Source: a virus. Taken from it: a stretch of 64,000 nucleotides of DNA. The stretch is from the IMG/VR virus record IMGVR_UViG_3300026512_000003, positions 1-64,000 of that record; one strand, given 5' to 3'. Of this stretch, positions 1 through 9,206 are shown one piece after another. The translations under genes were made by a program, and so were the position numbers. A model generated the notes under the pieces. It worked only from the letters and a program-made list of their open reading frames with translations, searched no databases and was not told the DNA's origin. Numbering within the stretch: the stretch's first letter is position 1; every line of letters starts with the position of its first letter.

Positions 1-1
1 A

Positions 2-133
2 AGAAAAGATGAACCTCATGTTATAGAAAATCCAAAGGTGTGTGAATTGTGTGGAGTATGGGGAAATGAACCATTCGATGACCATATCTGCATGGATTGT
101 GAAGAACGAATAACACAAGGAGCCGTTAAATGA
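2..133 (+). CDS. Partial CDS (3' end), small CxxC..CxxC zinc-finger protein
   Basis: Frame open from the window edge: ...KVCELCGVWGNEPFDDHICMDCEERITQGAVK*; stop overlaps the next ATG (ATGA). Confidence 0.6.
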   Translation, partial: RKDEPHVIENPKVCELCGVWGNEPFDDHICMDCEERITQGAVK

Positions 134-387
134 CTAGAGCAGAAGCGATAAGACAATCAGAAATAATATCAAGAAATGAGGCAATGTTTAATTGCGGGGT
201 TCTTAATACTGTTGGTACAAAAACATCAACTGAGTTAGTAAAAGAAATATATGATGATTTTGAAAAAGAAAAAACTTGTGATGGGTGTATTCATAAGCCA
301 GGGACAAATGAAAACTATCCTATTGAATGCGGAACTTGCAGCAGATTTTATGCTGATAAATTTAAGGAGTTGATAGATGAAAAATGA
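130..387 (+). CDS. Hypothetical phage protein with CxxC...CxxC motif
   Basis: AAGGAG RBS; CDGC...CGTC; translationally coupled to neighbours. Confidence 0.75.
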   Translation: MTRAEAIRQSEIISRNEAMFNCGVLNTVGTKTSTELVKEIYDDFEKEKTCDGCIHKPGTNENYPIECGTCSRFYADKFKELIDEK

Positions 388-559
388 GAGAGCAGTAGTT
401 TTAGAAATGCTAGAAAAAATAGAAAATGAACTTATAGTAGCGGGGAGGACACTTCAATCAAAGGCTGTATTTTTTAAACAAGATACTTTATCTATGAAAA
501 ATATAGAAAAAGCTTTAGTTGAAGTTTTAAAAGCACAAAAGCATTTAAAGGAAAAGTAA
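377..559 (+). CDS. Hypothetical phage protein
   Basis: AAGGAG RBS; TAATG coupling to the next gene. Confidence 0.7.
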   Translation: MKNERAVVLEMLEKIENELIVAGRTLQSKAVFFKQDTLSMKNIEKALVEVLKAQKHLKEK

Positions 560-1095
560 TGTTTAAAAAAGTAGCAGAAGATGCAACACTGCCAACACGA
601 GGGAGTAAATACTCAGCGTGTATGGATGTTTATGCAAATGAGGATGTAACTATCGGTGCTGGTGAGACTAAGCTTGTAGGGCTTGGTATTGCGATTGACT
701 TTCAAGTAATTGATTGGAGAAAAATCATAGCTAATTACTTAGTAATGCATGGTAGAGTTTTGGAAAACTTAAAGAACGAATTTCTAAAATCCCACTACCT
801 CCAACTAACGATAAATGATTTGTTAGCAACTAAAGGTCTAATGCTTAATAGTGGGATTAAAATATTTAATCTGGATTATAAAGATGAGATTAAGGTGATT
901 ATACATAATCCTATTGTATACAACAACTTTAGTTTAAGAATGGGGACAATGGAATATGATACAGATTTTATAATCAACAAAGGTGACAAAATAGGTCAAT
1001 TAACTCTACTAGAACACAAATTAAATCTCTTTGGAATAGAGAGTGAAGATGAGTGTAGTGGTGGGTTTAGTATTACAGATAAAAAGGAAAAGTAA
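559..1095 (+). CDS. dut: Trimeric dUTPase-fold protein with degenerate catalytic motifs
   Basis: LPTRGSKYSACMDVYA (motif I), GETKLVGLGI, LDYKDEI (III), KGDKIGQL (IV), GGF (V remnant). Confidence 0.85.
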   Translation: MFKKVAEDATLPTRGSKYSACMDVYANEDVTIGAGETKLVGLGIAIDFQVIDWRKIIANYLVMHGRVLENLKNEFLKSHYLQLTINDLLATKGLMLNSGIKIFNLDYKDEIKVIIHNPIVYNNFSLRMGTMEYDTDFIINKGDKIGQLTLLEHKLNLFGIESEDECSGGFSITDKKEK

Positions 1096-1278
1096 ATGGA
1101 AAAAGAAGTAAGAGAAGAAGCTAAAATAGAAAAAAGACTAAGAGATGACTTTGAATATGCATTAAACTATTTTAATGTATCAAAAAAGATGACAGTATCT
1201 GAATTTGTGTGGGCACTAAAAAAGCTACAAAGTTATGGTTGGGATATAACGGCTGATGAGTTATTGGAAAGTATCTAA
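1096..1278 (+). CDS. Hypothetical phage protein
   Basis: AAGGA RBS; abuts the dut stop. Confidence 0.7.
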   Translation: MEKEVREEAKIEKRLRDDFEYALNYFNVSKKMTVSEFVWALKKLQSYGWDITADELLESI

Positions 1279-1289
1279 AGGAGAATATT

Positions 1290-1889
1290 ATGGTATTAAC
1301 TAAAAGAGAACTTATACAAAGATTAATAAATGGTGAAAAATTAAAACCAAAAAGTTACACTGGCAATTGCTATTGTTGTTATGATGAAGCACATATTAAA
1401 CCTTTTCGATATGTAAGTATCCCTTCATTATACAGTACTCCTATGATAAATGCATGGGAACAAGTAGAATGGGAACTATATGAAGAAACTCCAGAATGGT
1501 GGGAACCAAAAGATAAAGAAGCAGCTTATTGTATTAGCCCAACAGGAAAAGTGATTTATGATACAAAATGGAATCATGAAAAAGATAAAGATATTATCAA
1601 TCAAGGTAATATGTTTAGAACTGAAGAAGAAGCAGAAAAAGAGGTAAAACTTCGTGCCGCTAAATACAGAGTAAAAAAACATATCTGGGAACTAAATGGT
1701 GGTGAATTTATCAAGTTTAAAAGTAATGAAGAAAATTGGTCTTTCGACTCTTTAATCAAAAAACTAGGGGCTACTGCTTGGTCTACTCGTAAATTATATC
1801 CTAACTGGCAATACCTTAAAACAAAAAAACTTACAGAACAGCTTATTGATGAAATGTCTGAAGACTTAATACTCATCAGAAGTGAATAG
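1290..1889 (+). CDS. Hypothetical phage protein
   Basis: AAGGAG RBS; WxPK...Y...GNxFxTxEEAE pattern, common in small phage accessory proteins. Confidence 0.75.
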   Translation: MVLTKRELIQRLINGEKLKPKSYTGNCYCCYDEAHIKPFRYVSIPSLYSTPMINAWEQVEWELYEETPEWWEPKDKEAAYCISPTGKVIYDTKWNHEKDKDIINQGNMFRTEEEAEKEVKLRAAKYRVKKHIWELNGGEFIKFKSNEENWSFDSLIKKLGATAWSTRKLYPNWQYLKTKKLTEQLIDEMSEDLILIRSE

Positions 1890-1921
1890 ATATGTGGTGT
1901 TTCATAAATATCTATATTAAT

Positions 1922-1951
1922 TTATACATTCGTTTAAAAATGAATGTATAA
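1922..1951. other. Perfect 10-bp inverted repeat (hairpin) upstream of the 1974 ORF
   Basis: TTATACATTC-N10-GAATGTATAA. Confidence 0.6.
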
Positions 1952-1973
1952 GTCAAAACAAAAGGAATAAAAA

Positions 1974-2228
1974 ATGTTGAAATGGCTTAGAAATAGAAAG
2001 CTTCGCAAGTTTTTAAAAAAAGTAGAGAAAGTACAAGGTGTAAAGCTGAGGAATAAAGATGAGTATTTGAGTTGCAAAGACGACGATTTATGTATACATA
2101 TAGGAGGTAGAACAAAATATGCATATCGCTATAGTGATGATATCGAATGTATTGAGGAGATAACTCAAATTTTGGTTGACTTCAAAAAAGTTACTCCGTG
2201 TGATTTTAACCTCCCAAGCGAGAGGTAA
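1974..2228 (+). CDS. Hypothetical phage protein
   Basis: AAGGA RBS; 84 aa. Confidence 0.7.
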   Translation: MLKWLRNRKLRKFLKKVEKVQGVKLRNKDEYLSCKDDDLCIHIGGRTKYAYRYSDDIECIEEITQILVDFKKVTPCDFNLPSER

Positions 2229-2265
2229 TAAATAGCACTAGGAATATACTAAATAAGGAAAAGCA

Positions 2266-2484
2266 ATGTATAGGAAAGAATACTATCAAATGACACCAAA
2301 AACCTGTTTTTTATGCAAAGACAGCAATGGGAAAGTTTTTGATGAAACCGAAAAGTTTGGTGAATTGATTGACTGTAAACACAGAATAAATGTTGGAGTT
2401 ATGGAGCTACAGATAATGGAGACAGAAGAGCTCTTGAGAGATCTAAAAAAATCTAAGCGATATGCGAAGATTGTAAGGGAGTAA
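2266..2484 (+). CDS. Hypothetical phage protein
   Basis: AAGGA RBS; 72 aa, CxxC. Confidence 0.65.
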   Translation: MYRKEYYQMTPKTCFLCKDSNGKVFDETEKFGELIDCKHRINVGVMELQIMETEELLRDLKKSKRYAKIVRE

Positions 2485-2723
2485 AGTGAAGTTGCTAAGA
2501 AGAATATGCTAAAGTGACCTTTTGTTCTACTGTCAGGTTGAATAAAAGAGAGAAATGAGGTGTAATTACAGTCTGTCAAAACTGGGATTGAGCCTCATCG
2601 CTCTATCTCTTTACTTCACACATTATTACCGGTGTTACATCCTGAGACATAACTTTGTAAAAACACACATATTAAAAGAAGAGAGATAAGTATTGCTCTC
2701 ACAGAACAATTAAGGAGAAAAAA

Positions 2724-2915
2724 ATGACAAACACTACAATAACAAGAAGAGCTTTTTTAGAAGCTTATAATACAGGACTTTTTGCAAATCGAGAACAAAA
2801 TGAAGATTTCAAGAAATTTCTGGAAGAAATAATAGAGGTTCTAGACTTTGGAATTAGTCCTAAAAAGGTTGTGGTTATAGAATCAGAAGGCAGCACAATT
2901 ACGATACAGGAGTAG
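2724..2915 (+). CDS. Hypothetical phage protein
   Basis: AAGGAG RBS; 63 aa. Confidence 0.65.
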   Translation: MTNTTITRRAFLEAYNTGLFANREQNEDFKKFLEEIIEVLDFGISPKKVVVIESEGSTITIQE

Positions 2916-3038
2916 ACACAGAAATCCTAATTACACATAACAAAGGAGAATAAAATGTAAGATGTAATAGCAAGAATAAGGGTTGGAAAAGAGTTGCATA
3001 AAGTGCTTACAGTAAAAAATAAAAAAAAGGAAAACAGA

Positions 3039-3443
3039 GTGAAAACACTAGAACAAATAATAGATGAGAAAATTGTGAAGATGACAGAAGGGCTAGCTGA
3101 CCAACTAAGTACAGTATTGATTGCAAACCTTGAGATATTGAATGCTGAGTTTAGTAAAACAAAAGCTAGAGTGCAACAATTAGAGGCAAAGTTAGGAGCC
3201 ATGACCAATAAGCAAGCAAAATCAAAAGCTGATTACGATGCTATTGTTAGAACACATGCTGAGCAAAAAGCAAAACAAATATCAAATGGTAATTCTGAAC
3301 TTGTTAAGATCCTTACAGACTCAATCATCATAAAAATGTATAAAACATTTGGTTGGAGTACTGCAAGAAAAATAGGAGAATCTGAATACAAAAAAGGATG
3401 TGAGTTTATAGATTCTGTTAGCATTAAGGATCTTGTAATATGA
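3039..3443 (+). CDS. Coiled-coil plus ORF6C-like (antirepressor C-terminal) domain protein
   Basis: GTG start at 3039 after AAGGA; C-terminal MYKTFGWSTARKIGESEYKKGCEFIDSV resembles the ORF6C pattern. Confidence 0.55.
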   Translation: MKTLEQIIDEKIVKMTEGLADQLSTVLIANLEILNAEFSKTKARVQQLEAKLGAMTNKQAKSKADYDAIVRTHAEQKAKQISNGNSELVKILTDSIIIKMYKTFGWSTARKIGESEYKKGCEFIDSVSIKDLVI

Positions 3444-3805
3444 AAACAAAAATAGGAACATCTTTTCAGCTGCCTGAAAAATATAAAGATTATGAAACAC
3501 TAGATATAGGTGGGTACAAATTTATTTCAGTCCCAGACGAAGGTATTCTTGTGCAAGGGCTTAGTACAGTAAACATATTTGACTGTCAAGTAGGAGTGGT
3601 AGGATTACTTCCTTTGACTCCAGCAATTCAGAAAGAGACCTTAGGCGATAATTTTGAAGTAGAAGAAGACAGATTGGTGCATGAAGTATCATATTCTGGA
3701 TATGGCTGGTTCTTTTTAGATAAAAAAGATGCTTATGCATTTGTTGGGATGTTGTACGACATTAAAGAGGGTGCACTATCAAAAAGCATAAAAGAGAGTA
3801 AATAG
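3440..3805 (+). CDS. Hypothetical phage protein
   Basis: AAGGA RBS; ATGA overlap. Confidence 0.7.
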   Translation: MKTKIGTSFQLPEKYKDYETLDIGGYKFISVPDEGILVQGLSTVNIFDCQVGVVGLLPLTPAIQKETLGDNFEVEEDRLVHEVSYSGYGWFFLDKKDAYAFVGMLYDIKEGALSKSIKESK

Positions 3806-3813
3806 TTTTAAAT

Positions 3814-3878
3814 TAAGCATGGCGTAACTGCTGTGCTTACAATACCTTGCTTTTTTTTAGCTTACACAAGAGTAGGGT
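3814..3878 (+). terminator. Two adjacent hairpins ending the small-ORF transcription unit
   Basis: TAAGCATGGC-N6-GCTGTGCTTA, then TACCTTGCTTTT...AAGAGTAGGGTA, with T-runs. Confidence 0.5.
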
Positions 3879-3907
3879 AGGCAAAATTTCTTTTTTTTTA
3901 TAGAAAA

Positions 3908-3916
3908 TGATATAAT
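3908..3916 (+). promoter_or_regulatory. Extended -10 promoter (TGATATAAT)
   Basis: About 30 nt before ATG 3947, with upstream T-tracts. Confidence 0.7.
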
Positions 3917-3946
3917 TGTGTAAATTATTTCAAAAAGGAAGATAAA

Positions 3947-4291
3947 ATGGAAAAGAATGCTTTTGCAATCACACGAGAAGGGCATAAATTAGATGCATCA
4001 AATTATCAAGCCAATGCTGACTATATAAATGCTTTAGCTAAGGCGGATGATGAGTACGGTAGGAAAGCACCGGTAAGAGAGTTTATGAGAAATGGAATGC
4101 TTGGAACAGCTATGAAGAGAAAAATTCGCAACAAGCAGCAACACAATGCCAATCTACATAAGAGACAAGAAAATTCGATAAATCCTTTTGTTGGGTGGTC
4201 AGATGCTGAGTATAACGATTATATGAAGAAAAGTAAGAAAAAACTTGAAAAGAAAGCAGCGCTTAGTAGACCTATAGCAGCGCTTGCATAG
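3947..4291 (+). CDS. Small basic Cys-free protein, putative internal head protein
   Basis: AAGGA RBS; MEKNAF at the N-terminus and LEKKAA near the C-terminus. Confidence 0.7.
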   Translation: MEKNAFAITREGHKLDASNYQANADYINALAKADDEYGRKAPVREFMRNGMLGTAMKRKIRNKQQHNANLHKRQENSINPFVGWSDAEYNDYMKKSKKKLEKKAALSRPIAALA

Positions 4292-4307
4292 GGTCTAACA
4301 ATAAATA

Positions 4308-4316
4308 TGCTATAAT
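4308..4316 (+). promoter_or_regulatory. Extended -10 promoter (TGCTATAAT)
   Basis: Consensus match about 30 nt before ATG 4348. Confidence 0.7.
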
Positions 4317-4347
4317 CCCTCCAATACTGAAAGGTTTGGAGGCTCCT

Positions 4348-4917
4348 ATGAACGATTACCACAAAACAAAAAAACAATATAAACAAACACTACAGGAAAA
4401 ACATGACTTGTTTAACCAATTAAGAACAAAATTTCCCGACATAGATTCGAAAGAGATTTACCTGAAAGCCAAACAGGCAAAAGGCAAATTAGATCCTGAA
4501 GACTTAGCTAAAATCAATACAATACATAGAGATCCTTTATATCAACAGGCTATGACAAAACACAACGAAACACAGAAGCTGAAAAAGCAATTAGAAAGCA
4601 TTCCTAAACCACCATGGAATTCATTTAAAAGAGACGATAAAAATAGCTCTTCTCAAGCTAGTGATTCTTCGACAACATATAAAACACAAAGCAAAGATAA
4701 ACCTTCTTCTTTTAAAAAGAATGAAGTAAACAGTAAGAAAAAGAAGGGTAACTCTTTCACTAGAGAAGTAGCAAAAGATACTGAAAAAATAAAGCCGACC
4801 AATTTTTTCTTAGAGAGTGGAAAACTTCGTCCAAGAAGAGCGCTTGCTGCTGGAGCTGCAGGCTTAGCGCTTGGTGGAGCTTTATTGTATAATGACTACA
4901 AGAGCGGAAAACAATAA
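4348..4917 (+). CDS. Basic Cys-free protein with C-terminal Gly/Ala hydrophobic segment (putative ejected virion protein)
   Basis: GGAGG RBS before ATG 4348; ends RALAAGAAGLALGGALLYNDYKSGKQ. Confidence 0.7.
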   Translation: MNDYHKTKKQYKQTLQEKHDLFNQLRTKFPDIDSKEIYLKAKQAKGKLDPEDLAKINTIHRDPLYQQAMTKHNETQKLKKQLESIPKPPWNSFKRDDKNSSSQASDSSTTYKTQSKDKPSSFKKNEVNSKKKKGNSFTREVAKDTEKIKPTNFFLESGKLRPRRALAAGAAGLALGGALLYNDYKSGKQ

Positions 4918-5435
4918 ATATAATTAAAAGGATTGAAGTTTAGATTTGGCACTTTAAAAAAGAAGTTCAATAAAAGATGATAGATAAACGGTTGTTTTAT
5001 TTTCTCATAAGCTCTCAGTAGTTATAATTGCATTTCTTCCATAGTTGATTGCTACAAGAAGAGTGTTTATTTAATTTATGCCTTTATCTAAATAATTGCT
5101 CTACTAAAATTTTGTACTTCCAACCCCAATGCTATGGAAGATTTAGTAAAATTTTCGTGCACAGTTCCTAATTGGTTTTCAATATAGGGACTTTTTTCCT
5201 CATATCTCTTGCTTAATATTACCAAATATTTTTCCTAAGGCAAGAGATCTCCATGCTTATGCTTAAGATTGTAAGTTAAAATCATTATTAATTATATGTG
5301 ATACAATTATGCAAAACAAAAAGATGAGGTAAAAGTATGACCTCACAAGAACATCAAGAAAAAAATAACAACTAAACAATGCATTTTTGAGAGAATTGCA
5401 AGAAGCTTCTAAACAATAAGAGTTTTAGCATAATA

Positions 5436-5444
5436 TGGTATAAT
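5436..5444 (+). promoter_or_regulatory. Extended -10 promoter (TGGTATAAT) of the portal gene
   Basis: Consensus match 28 nt before ATG 5473. Confidence 0.7.
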
Positions 5445-5472
5445 TACCAAAAATATAGTTTTGGAGTGAGAA

Positions 5473-7254
5473 ATGGCATCAACTTTCAGTGGAAAGCTTT
5501 ACGATAGAAAATTCATGACAAGATATAATCAGCTAAGTAGTGTGTATGCTGATATCTTACCAAATGATATTCGTGAAGCAATTCAGTGGTCACAATTCAT
5601 TATTGCGAATGTGCCAAAAGCAGCTACTGCATTAGATAAGCTGTCATCGGTAGCAATTACATCTTTACAATACCAAACTTCAGACTTAACAGAGGCATCG
5701 GGAGTAGATGCTAAGTCTTGGAAGAATATTATGGAAGATAAATTAGAAATAGAAGAAAAAGTTAAAGAAATTGGGTTTAACTTTCTTCTCAATGGGAACT
5801 CATTTACATCAGTATATTTTCCTATACAAAGAAGTATGAGATGCTTAAAGTGTAAGCAGTCATCTTCTCAAATACATTTTGATGGAAAGATAACACTTAA
5901 GCCATCAATAGAACGACTTGAAACAGAGAAGAATAAAAAAAAGAAAGAAATGCTTGTGTTTAAAGGTATTTGCCCACATTGTAAAACAAGTAGCATGTTT
6001 AAAGCAGAAGACATTGTTATAAAAGATGTTAGCCGAATCAACATAGTGTCTTGGCCCGTATTTAATATGAGTTTTATTGAAGATACAGTAACAGGAAGAG
6101 CTACTTATTACTACAAGATGCCAAAATCAGAGGAAAAGCTGATAAAAGATGGCTATAACGATATGATATTTCACCAACCATTAGATATTATTGAAGCTGC
6201 TGTTCGTGGGACATCTGTTAAGTTTGATAATAACAAGATACTACACACAAGACGAAAGAAGATGAATGGGACAAACTCTAAATGGGGTATGCCTCTTCTT
6301 TTATCTGCTATCCCTGAAATGATTTCACTTTTACTTCTTAGAAAAGGGAATGAGCGTATATTGTCGGATATGATATTTCCTCTTAGGGGTGTTACTCCTC
6401 GTTCTACTGGTGCTGACGGTCAAGCAATGTATAATTTTATTAGTGGAACAGAGTTTTCTGCGAAAATTGAGAAGTTACTTCTTAGTCATAAAACAAATCC
6501 AACAAGTATTAAATACTTCCCTATACCGATAGACCCAGTAACGGCATTTGGAGAAGGAAAGAGCCTTAATTTATCAGGTGAGATAGATGAGCTAACCACA
6601 ATGATTATGACATCTATAGGGGTCCCTATAGAATTTGTTACAGGTGGACTTGGATACAGTGCTGCGGGAGCTTCAATTAGAATACTTGAAAACCAATTAA
6701 CAGACTTGTCTGGGACAATGGAAAATATAGCTAATTTTGTTGCACAGCAGGTAGCATCGTATATAGGAAAAGAACCTGTTCGCATCAAGTTTGTTCCAAT
6801 TAAACTTGTTGATGATATGACAGAAAAACAATTGCTTCTTAGTCTTTATCAAAATCAAAAAATCTCTGATCATACGATTGCGTCAATGTTTAAATTGGAT
6901 GCTAAGACAGAGAGCGATAGACTTGTTGAAGAGAGTAAAACTAGTGCTCGTGGACAAATGGAAATTCAATCTTATCAACAAGAGCTTAATCAAGACCTCG
7001 AAGAGAAAGCAAAACAAGAAGCAATGCTTTCTCAAAGCTCTACAGAACAAGTTAATCAACAAGCGATTATGCAAGAAGCTGATCAAATGGCTCAACAACT
7101 TGCTCAAATGGAAGCTGGACAAAGACGCTCTGAAATGGATAGATTGCAAAAAGATAATTGGCTATTGTATGTTGCTACTAAAGAGCGTATGGAATTTAAT
7201 GGTCGCAAGGATGCAACAGCAGCAGCACAGCAAGCACAACAGGAACAGCAATAA
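5473..7254 (+). CDS. Portal protein with Zn-ribbon insertion and Gln-rich C-terminus
   Basis: 593 aa; portal-like landmarks (IGFNFLLNGNSF, KILHTR...WGMPLL, IMTSIGVPIEFV, ISDHTI); CLKC...CPHC insertion. Confidence 0.75.
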   Translation: MASTFSGKLYDRKFMTRYNQLSSVYADILPNDIREAIQWSQFIIANVPKAATALDKLSSVAITSLQYQTSDLTEASGVDAKSWKNIMEDKLEIEEKVKEIGFNFLLNGNSFTSVYFPIQRSMRCLKCKQSSSQIHFDGKITLKPSIERLETEKNKKKKEMLVFKGICPHCKTSSMFKAEDIVIKDVSRINIVSWPVFNMSFIEDTVTGRATYYYKMPKSEEKLIKDGYNDMIFHQPLDIIEAAVRGTSVKFDNNKILHTRRKKMNGTNSKWGMPLLLSAIPEMISLLLLRKGNERILSDMIFPLRGVTPRSTGADGQAMYNFISGTEFSAKIEKLLLSHKTNPTSIKYFPIPIDPVTAFGEGKSLNLSGEIDELTTMIMTSIGVPIEFVTGGLGYSAAGASIRILENQLTDLSGTMENIANFVAQQVASYIGKEPVRIKFVPIKLVDDMTEKQLLLSLYQNQKISDHTIASMFKLDAKTESDRLVEESKTSARGQMEIQSYQQELNQDLEEKAKQEAMLSQSSTEQVNQQAIMQEADQMAQQLAQMEAGQRRSEMDRLQKDNWLLYVATKERMEFNGRKDATAAAQQAQQEQQ

Positions 7255-7291
7255 TGATGAATAATTTAATAGAATTTATAAGGAACAAGTA

Positions 7292-8032
7292 ATGAGTGTT
7301 AAAATTGGCACAGCAGTAAGTAATGGAAATATAGAGTTCTACGGAAAACACAATGTGTCTTCGTTTTTGTTTGATTTAGATGAATTCGCAATATTTAATA
7401 CTTTTTCAGAATCATGTATTTTGAATATGTCGATACCTTCTGATTTTAGCATTGATAATTCTGGTGATATTCCAATGATAAGTGGTTCTCGAGAGCTTCA
7501 TTATCATACTCATCCAGCAATTCGGATTCCTAGAGCAACATTAAATGATTTACCTGTATTTACTATAGGGTTAAATGTGAAAATTGAAGACTGGGACAAA
7601 GCAAATGGAGATATTATATCAAACTATAATTGTGATGAACAAACACTTGTTGGTGTAGGGTTGACAAAAAAGAATACTTTAACTGCTACATATTGGAACA
7701 GAAGAAAAATAGACAGTCCAAAGTCGGTAAAATATGTTTTAAAGAAAAATTTATTTAGGTTTGATCTTGTAGTAGACAAAGTAAAAGGAGCAATACACTT
7801 ATACATTGATAGTGTGCTTGTGGCTAGTCTAAGTGATGAATGTATAAAAAGCCCTCTTGATGTTGATCCTAGGATTTTAGGAGAGGATTGTGCTTGTTGG
7901 AATCGAGATAGACTTGCGGCTGGAGCAAAAGTAGGAATGTTTACTGTATATAAGGGTGAGATGAGCGAGCAAAATATGGAGAATTTGGCGAACTTTGGTG
8001 CACTTAACTTAGAAGAACTATGTAAAAATTGA
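7292..8032 (+). CDS. LamG/concanavalin A-like beta-sandwich protein (putative virion protein)
   Basis: FTIGLNVK...HLYIDSVLV...FTVYKGEMSEQNM resembles the LamG-like pattern. Confidence 0.5.
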   Translation: MSVKIGTAVSNGNIEFYGKHNVSSFLFDLDEFAIFNTFSESCILNMSIPSDFSIDNSGDIPMISGSRELHYHTHPAIRIPRATLNDLPVFTIGLNVKIEDWDKANGDIISNYNCDEQTLVGVGLTKKNTLTATYWNRRKIDSPKSVKYVLKKNLFRFDLVVDKVKGAIHLYIDSVLVASLSDECIKSPLDVDPRILGEDCACWNRDRLAAGAKVGMFTVYKGEMSEQNMENLANFGALNLEELCKN

Positions 8033-8132
8033 CATTTTTTTGGTGAAATTTAATGTAAGAAAAAGGTAAAAATTTTACAGGACTTATATATGATAGTATA
8101 TAAGAAAATAGAATATAATAGGAATAATAACA

Positions 8133-9206
8133 ATGAGTTTAATCAGCAATGTTTTAAATAAAACAAAGAATGCTTTCATAAGAAAAGAAGTAATTCCCTC
8201 TAAAGTAGAGGGAGTAGCAAGAAAAGCTGTTGAATCAGCAGGTGGAGTAGTGGGAAATACTAGCCTCTTGCCAAGACCAGCTGGTGCATTTGTTAAATTT
8301 CACAATCCAAGATTTAAAAACAATCCTGCTATGAAGAAAGCATACCGAAGCCATGGATTAACGAGGTATAACATAAGTGTAGCAGGGAATATTGCAGATT
8401 TTGGAGCTAACCAAATACCAGATCTAAAACACATTTCAAAAAAGATGACCAAGAGAGAGCATAATATTACAAATGGGATAGCTGGGCTTCATGAGACAAG
8501 AGAACTAAGACTTTCGAAAAGAGTTCCTCAAAGTAATTTTGGTCAAAGTTTTGGACATATTTCTGGAACAGGTGTTTTAGGAGCAGAACATAATGCCCTA
8601 GTTGGAAAAACATTTGCTGATGAAGTAAAAGGAAAACCGAAAGCATATTTTACCGCAACAAGAGCTCATTTTGCACCTATTAGACATGGAAAAGAAACAG
8701 AACTTATAAGAAGCTTTCTTCCAAGACCAAACAAAGCGTTAGCTAGTGGGAAAAAAGTGAAACCTCTCCGTAGCGAAACACAACCTCAGTATAATTCTTT
8801 TGATTTCAACAATGATTTTAAATATGGAAGAAGTGGCAGATTTAACCGTAAACAATTATTGAGAGCGATGAGCAAAGAACTTGGTATAGATACAAGTAAG
8901 ATGTCAACCAAAGAAATAAAAGAAGCATTGGCTAATTATAAAAAGAAAGGAGTGATAGAAGCAGGATCAAAAATTAAATCGCATAAGAGATCACTATCTA
9001 GGCCAGAGAAGATGCTTAAAGCAATAAATAAAAAAGCTGTTTTGAAAGCAAAAAAAGAAGGGTCTTATAAAAATTTGGAAAGAACTTCTCAAGGAATGAA
9101 AGAGATAGAGTCTGCACCGGGAGCTAAAAAGAGAAAAAGAGGTGCGTGGGCTCGAGAATTTGATAAGGTTCAAAGAGATAATCATCTCTTAAATGATTTT
9201 ACATAA
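8133..9206 (+). CDS. Highly basic Cys-free protein, putative internal head protein
   Basis: AGGA RBS; K/R-rich; N-terminal KNAFIR; TGATAGTAT promoter-like motif at 8091. Confidence 0.7.
   Translation: MSLISNVLNKTKNAFIRKEVIPSKVEGVARKAVESAGGVVGNTSLLPRPAGAFVKFHNPRFKNNPAMKKAYRSHGLTRYNISVAGNIADFGANQIPDLKHISKKMTKREHNITNGIAGLHETRELRLSKRVPQSNFGQSFGHISGTGVLGAEHNALVGKTFADEVKGKPKAYFTATRAHFAPIRHGKETELIRSFLPRPNKALASGKKVKPLRSETQPQYNSFDFNNDFKYGRSGRFNRKQLLRAMSKELGIDTSKMSTKEIKEALANYKKKGVIEAGSKIKSHKRSLSRPEKMLKAINKKAVLKAKKEGSYKNLERTSQGMKEIESAPGAKKRKRGAWAREFDKVQRDNHLLNDFT

Noticed and set aside
2545-2610. tRNA-Asp (CTGTCA loop)
   Set aside because: No D arm or TTC T-loop and no cloverleaf; it is a single long hairpin.
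2724-2780. Tat signal in ORF 2724 (TRRAFL)
   Set aside because: No hydrophobic h-region follows.
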